Assembly (NCBI RefSeq): GCF_009834535.1
Contig: NC_045713.1
Location: forward strand, 6,634,001 to 6,698,000
DNA from: Camelus ferus
Lineage: Eukaryota
Length of the DNA stretch: 64,000 bases
Direction: 5' to 3'
Below are positions 13,101 to 23,600 of the stretch, one piece after another. The notes below the pieces were generated by a model, which was not told where the DNA came from, did not search any database, and saw only the letters and a program-made list of their open reading frames with translations. Position numbers and translations under genes: made by a program. Position 1 is the first letter of the stretch, and each line of letters starts with the position of its first letter.

Positions 13101-14862
13101 AACAAGTTCTCTTAGCTTGTGTTCAAGAAAATATCTGCCAAATACCCAAATATTAATAAGCACTGTTTGATAGCCTTTCATTCGGGTAAAAATGGCACCC
13201 CAACAAGGGGGTCGGGGGCAGAGAAAAGGACCTGTTAGTTTAACTCACAACTCAATCTCACAAAAGTTCTTCCTCAAGATAACCACTATCCTATACCCAG
13301 AAATGCTTTACGCATACTTCCTGTGCATCATGTGTACTAAAAAATAGTCAACAATCCAATTTAATAAGATTTAAAATTTTATTGCTTCCTCAAGGACATT
13401 AAGTGAAACTGACTCTTTGTTTTTGTTTTTTGTTTTCAACTCTTTGGTGCCACTGCCCTGATTTGTGCTAAGGCACCAGCAGGTTTACCTGCCATTGCTA
13501 TAGCACCAAATGTCAATATGGTGAAAACAACAATACTATCTTAGCATTACTACACAAATAATTGTGAGCTCACAGCCTCCTTAGGGTCTGCGGATGACAT
13601 TTTGAGAACAAATACTCTGAAGAAACTAGAACACGTGCTCTTTTCTGCACACAACTTTATGTCCCCATCTCCAAGTTGTACACTCCACCAATGTCTGGGT
13701 AATTCCCACTTGTATTTCCAAGTCTTGCTAAGTGTCCCTTTTCTGTAGCTCTCCCCTGCGCCACCTCCACCACTTCTCCCCTCCCTCAGAAGATCTGTTC
13801 CCTCAACGTTTCACATCTCTATGGTGATCTTTCATATACGTTCATTTGCAGCATATTCCCAAGGCCATTTTGGCCCCTACTCCAAGCCCCAGACTGTAAA
13901 CTCCTTAAGGGCAATAACTACACCTTATCCATCTTCAGAATTCAGATGAACACCTTTGGCTTTCTTCTTTCTTAGACAATACTAAGGAAAACAAAGTGCC
14001 CTATAAAGTCTCCGCAGTGAAGAGATACACGGAAAGACTGAATGACTTACTAAACTCATTCTTCAAAATGATATTGAATGAATAAATGCTACCACAATAA
14101 GTCACCTCAAACTCTTTTTTCCTGGTAATCTGTCTCCAAATCAAACCTTGCCATCAGCTCACTGATTAGATATTTGCGATGTCCCTTAAAGAGTCAGCCA
14201 CAGTCGGGCTTATTTTGACTATTTAAAACATCAGCTGTTTCTTAAGGGAAAAACCTTAACTATAATTAACTCAAGAACATCCCAGAAAACTAATCACTAG
14301 CTGAGTCAAGCCTAATCAATTAACCCAACCACCACTGCTCAAAGAATTCTTTCTGATTTTAGGCTAAACAACTACAAGAAACTTAATTACATCCTGCCAG
14401 GGCACTGGTCTGACAACCTCTCCAACCAAATCTACTCTGTAATATTACTTTCTTTAAATCTATCTGTTTAGGTATAATTCACAAACAATAAAATGCACGC
14501 AGCTTAAGTACATGAACAAATAATGCTTTTTCATACTCAAACTCTTACCACTATTGCTTCAATCTTCTGGACATTTCAAAAATCAAGCCATAGCAATGAG
14601 CAAATAGGTTGAACCACATGAAATGGTCGAGTATGAACGATTTCACATGGTTCGCCCTAATAAAATCTTAAGGGAAATGTAATCAGAGTGGAGTGCAAAA
14701 TAAGACAAGCGGACAAAATCAAGGAAAAGTAGCGTCTTACCGGTCATTCCAATCGTCCCCTCGACGTCTTTCATCTCTTTCTCGGGAACGGTCATAGTCG
14801 CTGCGCTCTCTTCTAAACTTGTCCCTGCGCCTTCGATCATACTCATCGTCACTGTCACCCAT
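4152..14862 (-). CDS. SRRT: Serrate RNA effector / ARS2, 19 coding exons, 876 aa (or 872/875/871 aa)
   Basis: Exons 5'->3': 14862-14741, 11536-11408, 11146-11000, 10753-10565, 8751-8582, 8488-8304, 8089-7991, 7908-7791, 7597-7440, 7109-7048, 6931-6853, 6554-6366, 6017-5844, 5749-5596, 5413-5220, 5029-4873, 4674(or 4662)-4573, 4454-4328, 4227-4152. Total 2631 nt in frame, [16 protein letters not shown]...[14 protein letters not shown], including the RRM and C2H2-like zinc finger ([10 protein letters not shown]...KHIFNKH). Confidence 0.99.
9654..9809. other. Assembly gap (156 N)
   Basis: Run of N in SRRT intron 5. Confidence 0.99.
9941..10216. other. Assembly gap (276 N)
   Basis: Run of N in SRRT intron 5. 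Confidence 0.99.
12002..12100 (+). mobile_element. tRNA-Ala-derived SINE (camelid Vic-1-like)
   Basis: tRNA-like head with A box (TAGCTCAGTGG) and B box (GGTTCAATCC), then an A-rich tail. Target-site duplication AAAGCTGTCCTT[C/T]TC at 11986-12000 and 12097-12111. Confidence 0.9.
12380..13615. mobile_element. hAT-Charlie (Charlie1-like) DNA transposon remnant in SRRT intron 2
   Basis: AT-rich 1.2 kb block with motifs I recall from Charlie1 (ACTGCCCATCTCACCAGAAAGTC, GGGAAGCTGTCAA, CTGCCAAATACCCAA, GGTGCCACTGCC..GCTAAGGCACCAGCAG). Not database-checked. Confidence 0.6.
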
Positions 14863-15700
14863 GGCGCGGTCTGAGGGGGCCTGGAGCCCAGACACGGAAG
14901 GTCAGGGTGTGGAACAATGACGACCAAAGCAAAGAATCGCTCCTCTGAAGCAGCACGCCCGCCTCCCTCAGCAAAGGCCTGCCTTCCGCTATGCCCGCCA
15001 TCCTAAACCCACGTCCCGGGCAGCAAGGAGGACTGCGACGCTCCACCCTCCCCCGCGGGCCCCCAACCCCTGGTTCTCCAGGCCTCTCCCCTCCCCCACC
15101 TGGGAGCGATAGCGGCCGTTAGTCTCGCGCTCTGGCCAGCAGGTTCTCCGGGCGACCTGGGCCCGCCTCTTGCCTCGGGCGCGCGACGAGGACGGCGAGG
15201 AGCGTGAGACAGACGCGAGGCTCTCAACAGGGCCGAGAAGACCCGAAGAAAGTGGGACAGCGAGGATGGGCGGTCGGCGCGCGCGCTCGAGCTGCGCCTG
15301 CGTCAACCGCAGAACAGCGCCTCGAAACACAAAACTATACCCAGCTGCGCTTGAACTGCAACCAAACCAAAGACGGAATGGCTGGGAGATTCGGGGAACG
15401 ATGGGAAGGGGCGGGGCCCCGGACGTCTCGCGCGCTTTCCGGGGCGGGAACTTCGCAGGCGAGAGGAACTACGGACGCCGAGACGGACCAAACATGGCCT
15501 TGGGAGAGCGCTGCAGCTCTGTGAGCGGGGAGAGTTTCTTCCCGCCGAGGTCGGACGTCGAAGGTCGCACTTCCCCGGATGTGTCTAGGATCTGAGTCAG
15601 TTCGCGTCTAGCCGCCTTGCCCCTCACTTTGGTCGGGGAGTCTCCTGATCTCATCGGGAGTGGCTCCCCCCTCTCCTAGCGCAGGGCAGTCGCTTAGGTA
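14860..15700 (-). promoter_or_regulatory. SRRT CpG island, promoter and non-coding exon 1
   Basis: Dense CpG directly upstream of the start exon. NRF1-like TGCGCCTGCG at 15293-15302, E2F-like GGCGGGAA at 15443-15450, and GC boxes. Confidence 0.8.
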
Positions 15701-16384
15701 GTACGGGCGTTTAGTGGAATACAGCAACCATTTTAAAACATTTACCACCATTCTGTGCTCCCACCAGAGAACCAGCCTGTATTTGTGCCTCAGTACGTGC
15801 TACCAGCAAAACCCACTGTTCCTGCTCTTCTTCCAGAAAGGCACCCTATCTTTAAGCAAAACTGGCAAACGCCAACCAGTACCTTGATGAGATTGATTGT
15901 AGGTTGAGGGCCTGACCACCAAGCAGAATCTGGCTTGCCCCAGAGAAAAATTCACCACACTGGGGATAACACCAAGTCCTTGTTCAGTGAGTTGAGTGTG
16001 AGGACTTAAGGATAGGAAATGCTGCCTGTCTGGCTCCCAGCACTGAGAGGAAGAGTATTTTTACAGGAAACTATATTAAAAAGAGTGCATAGTGGAGGTG
16101 CAAAAAATTGGCCCTTCTGATCTTGGTTCTGCCACTTTGGAAGAATGCAATCTGAGGAAACCACTTCTCAGCTATAAAAGCAGTCACAACAATCAGGCTC
16201 CTGTTGGGCTGCTATGAGAATCAGATGAGACAACACGCTTAAAAGTGTTTTGTCAACTCTTGAGGGATTATTATTTCACGATTGGAGGAAGAGGAGACAG
16301 CATTTGGTGACAAAGTTATAAAGGTAGATGTCAGGGAGGGTGGTTGATGAGAAGGGAGAACACGGCACATGCTTCTGGGGAGAC

Positions 16385-19300
16385 TCAGCAGTCGGTGGTG
16401 ACGGTGGCCGAGAGCTCCTGGATGCGCCAGGCACTGCAAGCCTTGCATAAGATGTGCCCATCCAGCGGGTAGCAGCCCTGACACTCACCCTCAGAGGAGA
16501 GCAGCAGCCCACACTCCTGTTCAGAAAGAAGCAACAGCTTTCCATCAGGCCTTGACCCCTGAGTTCCTTCTCCCTTGTGGTCTAACATACCCAGCACCCC
16601 AGACCCCAATAACCCTGTTTCCCCTTATCCAGGTCCCCTGACCTCGCATTTGTAACAGCCAATGTGAAAGCTGCGATCCAGAGCAACGATTCTCACAGTC
16701 TCCTCCTGACCTGGCTCAGGCATGATGGCTCCACCACACACTGAGCATCGAGGGGCAAACTTCCTGGGGGAGAAGGGAACCAAGGATGCTGTCAAGCCCC
16801 AGGGCTGGAGGAGACTAACAAAAGAGCCCAGAGAAGGTGGAATGCAGGAGGGCACAGAAGTGGCCAGAGGTATGGTCCTGGATCTTAGGGGAAGATGATA
16901 AGAAACAAGAGAGGCTGGTACTCGGACATAAAGGAGAAATAAGGAAGATGGGAAAGGCCAGGCCAGATATCCTGAGACAAAGGTTGGGAACCCGGCTGAC
17001 CTGTGGAAGTCCTCAATGCAGTGGATCTGGCTGGTGGCATCCACAGTGAAAGGGATGCCATCAAGACCGCGGTGGCACACCACACAGGTGAAGCAGCCAG
17101 GATGGTAGGCCTTCCCCATAGCCCGCAGAATCCGGTCCAGGATGGGCTGGGAGCACGTGGAGCACTTCTCAAGGGTGGCCTGTTGGGAAGGAGGGCAGGA
17201 AGGTCAGGGGCTGGGGAGACCCATGCAGCCCTGACTGGCATCCTGTTTAGGTAGCCCACTGCATGTGATGCAGTGAAAGGTGGCCTTGAACAGATCTGAG
17301 TACAAGTCCCAGCATGGCAGCTTCCTAGACAAGCTATTTAACCTTTCTGAGCTTCAGTTTCCTTCAGTAGTAGTATCTGCCTTACAGGGCAATTGTGGGA
17401 ATTTAGCACATTCCCTTAAATCTAAAATAAATGCCTCATACTTGTAAGAGGATATTGTCTTTCCCCTCCAGCAGCCAGGATATAGCTACTTACTTCATTC
17501 CTCCCTTCTTACATACCAGTTTCAGTCCCCCAGCCTCAAACCCTGTTCCTCTCTGGGGCTTGGACATCTAGTTCCCACCTTGGTTGGAAGGCCCCTGTCT
17601 CCTGCTGCTGACTCCAGCCCCCCTCACCCCCACCCCCGCCCAGCCCCAACCACTCACCACATAGCAGCTCTCACAATAAGCCCTCCTCTCCACGGCGTAG
17701 AAATGTTGGCCCCGGAGCTGGGCCCGGCACGTGGAACACACAAAGCAGCCAACGTGAAAGACACGGTCCAGGGCTACAACCCCAGCCCCATCCCCAACCA
17801 CATCTTCTCCACAGCCACCACACCGGCCTGGGGTTGAAGAGGAACAGGGTCAATCTGCACAGGCTTGGAAGCCGGACCCTCTGTTCATCTGACTCTCCAG
17901 CCCCACCTCCCCTTTCCTGCTCCACCTAGGGTCAGCTCACCGAAGTATTCCCCACTGGGCGGGTGGTTCATGTCATGTACCAGCTTCTTAGTCAACCTCT
18001 CAAGTTCCTCCTCGGGAGGCTGGCTCAGGGGAACCTGGGAAGTGAGAATCAAGGGTTCGGCCCTACCTCTAGCTCCCAATACTGTCACTGAAGGTCACTG
18101 AGGGTGACTAGGCAATTCCACCCAAAAAGCTCATCTGAGAACATCTCAGCCCAGGGGCCAGAGGTGCCCTTCTAGAAGCCAGTATGCAGATCTATCCCCT
18201 CCTTCCTTTATTTCCAGACCTGCCCAACACCCCCCGGGGGTCCAGAGCTCCCACACCTCAGACTTCTGACAACCAGGACATCAAATACCACCCTCACGCC
18301 ACCCAGTCCGCATCCCGTTGTCTTTGAGGACCCCAAATCCCAGTGCCCGGGGCTTACCGGGGTCCCATACCCGCTTCCTCTTCCTGCTGCAGGGTTGGAG
18401 GCCCCAGCAGCCTCCTCTTTACCCGCTGGCCCTGGCTCACGGTGGCTCCGATAGCCAGCCCCCCAGACTTCACCTCGGCCTGGGACAGGAAAGTGGGGGC
18501 CCGGAGGGGGCCCAGGGGCCTGAGAGGCCCCCCGCCTGGGGGGGCCACAGCCTCTCACTGGTTGTGCCACCTTCACTTGCACAGGGAAGGCAGGGCCGGC
18601 GGGGGTGCTGGCCGTAGCATAGGAGGCTGGAGTAGGGCCCCCATAGGGGGACACTGGGAGCGGTGGGGGAGGAACACCCCCTCCGTTGGGCTTCAGGGAG
18701 CCTGAGCCTGAGCGATAGGCAGGGGGCTGAAGGGACTCATAAGCCTGGGGAGAAACGCAGACCAGAAGGAGTGAACTGGGCACATTCCATGCCACACATC
18801 TGTGGAACCCCCTACCCCATATGTGTGGCACCCGGGTTAGCACTGGTTTTGACAAGGACCCGACCCCAGGCGACTGACAACCTAGTAAGTTTTGGTGGCC
18901 TGGCTCCCTCCACGCTGGTGTGTGCATCACTCACACAGAGGGGGAGGGGGGCTGAGAATCCAGAGCAGGGACCAGGCTGGAGGGGAGGGGCAGGGGACAA
19001 GGACTGAAGGGACAGAGGCAAGACAGGGGAGTCACCTGCCGGTCAGGCCGCCGTGGGGCATGACCACGACTCCCGTCCAACTCGGCCAGCATGCTGGTCA
19101 GGGAATCAATCTCAGCATCCAGACTCCCTGGGCGCAAGCCCCCCCTGTCTGGGGGTGGTCCCTGGGGATGGAGCAAAAGCAGGGAGAATGCAAATCACCT
19201 GGCCTCCTCTCCTGTCCCAAGTTCCCACCCCGCCCCCAATCTCAGTGCTCACCTGTGAGCGCTGGGGTGCTCCATGGCACCCCACCCAGGCCAGCCCCCG

Positions 19301-19776
19301 ATCCTCCGGTCCCCCAGGGGCCTGGTAACACTGCTCAGATGGGAGAGGGCAAAAATTGACCCTGGGGTGGGGCTGGAGTGCTGGGGTGAGGGAAGAGAGA
19401 GCAAAGGTGGGGATGGGAAGAAGAGAGTGACACTTGTGGAGGCCGCCGTCTTGGGTCCCTCTTCTCCCCTCCCCCCTCCCCCCCCGCACTTGGGGTCGGA
19501 GAACGGGGCAGGGGGCAGGGAGGGCTGCCAGAGGGCAGGGGCTGCGGGTTTCAGGGCTTGGGGAAGCGGCGGTACGGGTGGGCTCAGCGGGAGGCAAAAG
19601 CCGCCGCCGGGCAGAGGTGAGCGCTGGTGCCCCGATGGCCTCCTCGGCGGCGCTGGGGCTGCCTTACCTGCTCCGTGGGCTGGCGGCGGCCCCGAGGCGC
19701 CTCGAGGGAGCGCTCTCCCCTGAGGGGCTCTGGCGGGCTCCGGCTGCTTCGGGGGAAGCCAGGTGGGCCCGGACAT
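16385..19776 (-). CDS. TRIP6: Thyroid hormone receptor interactor 6 (zyxin family, 3 LIM domains), 9 exons, 481 aa
   Basis: Exons 19776-19668, 19380-19253, 19161-19036, 18744-18358, 18034-17941, 17827-17658, 17179-17001, 16763-16643, 16516-16385; total 1446 nt. MSGPTWLPPKQPEP..., a Pro-rich N-terminus, three LIM Cys/His patterns and the PDZ-binding end TVTTDC*. Confidence 0.99.
17290..17450. mobile_element. MIR fragment in TRIP6 intron 6
   Basis: AAGCTATTTAACCTTTCTGAGCTTCAGTTTCCT resembles the MIR core. Confidence 0.55.
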
Positions 19777-20240
19777 GGCCTAGATCGGGGGACTCCAGAC
19801 AGCGGTCAGGGCCCCACGGAGCCCCGGGCCTCTGACTTGGATCCCTTCTTCCGTCCCACACCTCACTTGGGACTCCAGGAAAGAAACTTTTTCTGGCTTT
19901 TTTTTTCCCCTTCCTCCCCAATTTTGGGGACGGCCACGCCCCCGGTGACGTCACTGCATTCCTGGGGGAGGGTCACGTGGCCCCTAGGCCCTAAAGTGCA
20001 GTCCCTCCCCGAGTCGGCCCCCTTCTGTGAGCCAGGAGGGCTTTCCGCGGGCGCCTGCGTCTAGGGGGCTGCGAGCAGCCCGTTTCCACGAGCCGCCACC
20101 AGGCCCAGCGCCCCAAGTCCGGCACTTGGCCCCCTCGCCACTGGGAAGCTCCCGAGCCCCTCTTTCCCCATCCCCCATACAGATTTCTCCCTCTTCCCGT
20201 CCCACCCACCCTCTCCCGTCCAGAAGTGCGCCGCCAGTGT
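19590..20240 (-). promoter_or_regulatory. TRIP6 CpG island/promoter with perfect CRE and E-box
   Basis: TGACGTCA at 19946-19953 (inside palindrome GTGACGTCAC); GTCACGTG at 19972-19979; high CpG. Confidence 0.75.
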
Positions 20241-20255
20241 GTAGTGTTCTGGTCT

Positions 20256-20261
20256 TTTATT
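20256..20261 (-). terminator. SLC12A9 poly(A) signal
   Basis: TTTATT on +, about 385 nt past the SLC12A9 stop. Confidence 0.8.
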
Positions 20262-20645
20262 CATGTTCAGCAGTTAGAAAAATAAAACAGAACAAAAACA
20301 TCACAACCTCAAGGGTCAGGGAGTCTTGGGTGAGCAGGGGAGACTGAGGTAGCCTAGCGTCACAAGCGGAGACCCAGCCCCCGTCAAGGCACCGGTGAAG
20401 GGAGGGAGGTCAGCAGGGGAGGACTGCTGATTTCCTCCCCCAGCCTGGTGGGGACAGCTGCCCTGCGTTAGTGCACCGAGGCCCCTCTCCCAGAGACGGA
20501 GAGATGCCAGAGACCAGGATCCCCTAATACTTCCACCAGGGTCCGAGTCCCATGTGCGAGACAGGCGGGAGGCGGCCCTTCCCTTCCTCACCCGATAATC
20601 CAGGTGGGCCGCCCAACCTGGGCACTCTCTACTTGGAAAGCGGCT

Positions 20646-23600
20646 TCATAGATCAGTGCAAGTGACAGGGGTGACGCCATGAATGAGCAGAGTGGGGCCC
20701 AGATCACGGCTCAGAATTTCCAGCAGCGCCAGGTAGCGAGGGTAACGGGCAGGATCAGCAGGAGGCCGAGGCAGGTACAGGAAGGTGAGGGCGGTGGAGG
20801 GCCCCTGCTCGCCATCTCCACCCTCTGGCCCACCAGGCCCTCCTCCTCTGCCACGCCCCTGCTGGGCCCGAACCAGGGCGTTGGCGCTGCATGCCAGGGC
20901 CTCTGCCTCAGCGTCTCCCCGCCTGCCATTCACGAAGTCCCCTTCCTCCTCCTCCTCAGGCTCCTGGGACCCAGCCCCCTCACCCCACACCACCTCCTGC
21001 ACCTCAGCCCGGATCCTTAGCTGGCTCAGCAGTGCCCGGAGCCGCCCCTCAGCCGCCCCAGGGGCCTCCCGAGGCCCCAGGCACAAGAAGATCCGGAGGC
21101 GGGCACTGTGCCAAGCGGGCACCATGCCCAAGATGGTTGCCATCTGCAGCAGGAAGAGGCCACAGACGTCCACATAGCCGGGCCCACCCCGGGGCCGCAG
21201 CAGATTGAGGGGCCACACGTCCACATGATGCGGCTGAGAGGTGCCCCCAGACCCCCGGCTCAGCCGCTCGGGGGGCAGGGCCCCACAGGCCCGGGCCAGA
21301 ACCACGTTCTTGTTCATTTTCAGGGCATCTGCCACCGTGGCCACGTAGTCCTGGGGACTGAGAGCCCGGGGGCTCCCAGGAGCCCGGGGTGGAGGAAACA
21401 AGGTGCTCAGGGCTGGGGACCCACCCTCCTGGGTACCATCTGCAGGCTCAGAGAAAGCTGGGTCCGTCAGGAAATGGTCCTCAGGTGCAGCATCATCATA
21501 GAAACCCAGGACCAGCGTGTTGGGCTTCATGCCACCTGGGGGCAGAGAGGGGCAGAAATCAGACTCACAGAGGAATCAGACTCACAGGCTGAGTTCACAC
21601 CACGCTGACAGGCGCCCACTCCCACGCGCTGACAGCGACGTGTGTCAGCCATTAGGTATGACATTTCCACTGTGCTTGGCCTCTTAAGGCAACACTTTGC
21701 ACATTTGCATAATGACTTTTAGTTTTCCCAAACACTTTCACATGCTTTTATTTTATTTATCTCCACAACTAATCTCCCCCACTTAAATAGGCAAAGTTTG
21801 CCTTAGGATTCTTTTAACTAAGGAGCACGTCTGGTCTGTTGCAGTAGGATGCATTCACTCTAGATTTCAAGCTGCACACCTTTTTCGTGACGGGATCTAA
21901 GAGTCTGACTCCACTGGGCAGACGTGGGACCCCCTGATTAGTCAAGCTCATGGCCTCACTCCCCAGGGAAACAGGGCCTGGGCCCTGCTAGGGGAGGATA
22001 AGAACTCGGCGCTGGGGCTACACAATCTGTTCCTACAACTGCAAAGCCCTAATGGTGGCACGACCAAAGCACAGTCCCCTGAGAGCTAACATCTGCACTC
22101 TAACCCGGGGGAGGGCTCTGTCCTGTTGAAAGCACTTTGTGTTTTAACCCATCTGATCCCTGAAGCAACCCTATGAGGTAGGGACTATTACTCACCCCAT
22201 TTTACAGATAAGGAACCTGAGGCCCAGAGCGATGAAGTCACTTGCCCAAAGGCTCATGGCTGGTAGACACCGGGGCCAGCAGGCGAACCCCATGTGTCCA
22301 GCACCTGAGCCCATTCTCTGAGCCTCTAAGCTGCTATGTGCACCAGCTGCAAAGCCCCAAGTCCCTGCTGACAGCTCCTGGGTTTCAGTACCTGAACAAC
22401 CAGCATGGAATCAGGTAATTCCTCCTTTAACAGGGCTGAGTTTATGGGAAGACTCAGACCTCTTCTAAGACCTTCTCAGGAGACAAATAGGTTACTTAAA
22501 ATCTACCAGTAAATCAAGTTGGACATGCTGGGGGACTGATCACTGAAAGGAAATCTTTCCCTTTTTATTTGAATCATTTCCCACAGGGTAAATTTCATGC
22601 AAGTGGTGGTCTCTTGGCTCAGGATCCCTCACAAAAGGTGGAGCTGAGGAGAGAGCTTGGATGCTCCAGGGTCTGTCACATAATGCTCAGTAACACCCCC
22701 AACACACTTTAGCAGGTGGGAACTCCAGCTGATCTTGCAAATTAAACAAGTCTCACTCCCTCCTGAGCATTTTCCAAGGTTCTGATTTACACTGACCAGG
22801 GCAACGTCCAACACTTGAACTTCAGCCAAACTGTAAATGCAGCCCAAGTATGCACTCAGAGGGGGCACAGACCCCAGTCCCAGGACTGAGAAAGGAGGAG
22901 GTGGCTGAGCAGTGATTTGGAGGAGGCAGGAGTGCAGGGCTGGAGGCCTCCGCACAAAGACACAGCCACAAAGCTGGGAGTGTCCCACTCCATACAATAG
23001 CATCAGTCCCACACACCCTCCGCGTCCTTTGTGGTTTCTGGGAGCCTTGTTACACCAACTCCTATTTCTCCACACCTTTCGAGACCCAGCTGAGATACCA
23101 TCTCATCACATTGCCGGCCATATCAATGCATAATGGTCTTCCTTCCTCTGAATTGTGGTGGTTAAAAAGCATCTGCCCTACATTTGACAGGGCAGCTGCC
23201 AGCCTCAAATGTTTCTCCCATTGTCCCCAACAAGACAACATGCTTTTCAGAGCCTGTGCCCCAATTATGGGTCAGGAAAAAAACAAAAACCAGTGTCACT
23301 CCATCTCCAGTCCTTAAGGCATCTCCTTGGAGACCTTATCACGCCCTGTGCTTTATCTTTTGAGAACTGAGTTCTATATGCACTAGATTGTGGGTTCCTT
23401 TTGGAGTTTGCAATCTGTGGTTTGCTCTCTGGGGGTAGGGAGCAGAGATTTTCATGGAGCAGGTTGGGGGACCTAGACAGGAGCAGCTCACCAAGGCCTG
23501 AGATCCGCAGCAGGTGCTGAGCCCCCTGGCGCACGGAGGGCGAGAGGGTGAGGTCCACGAAGGCCTTCACCTGGGCCCGGTCCACCAGGCTCAGCCACGC

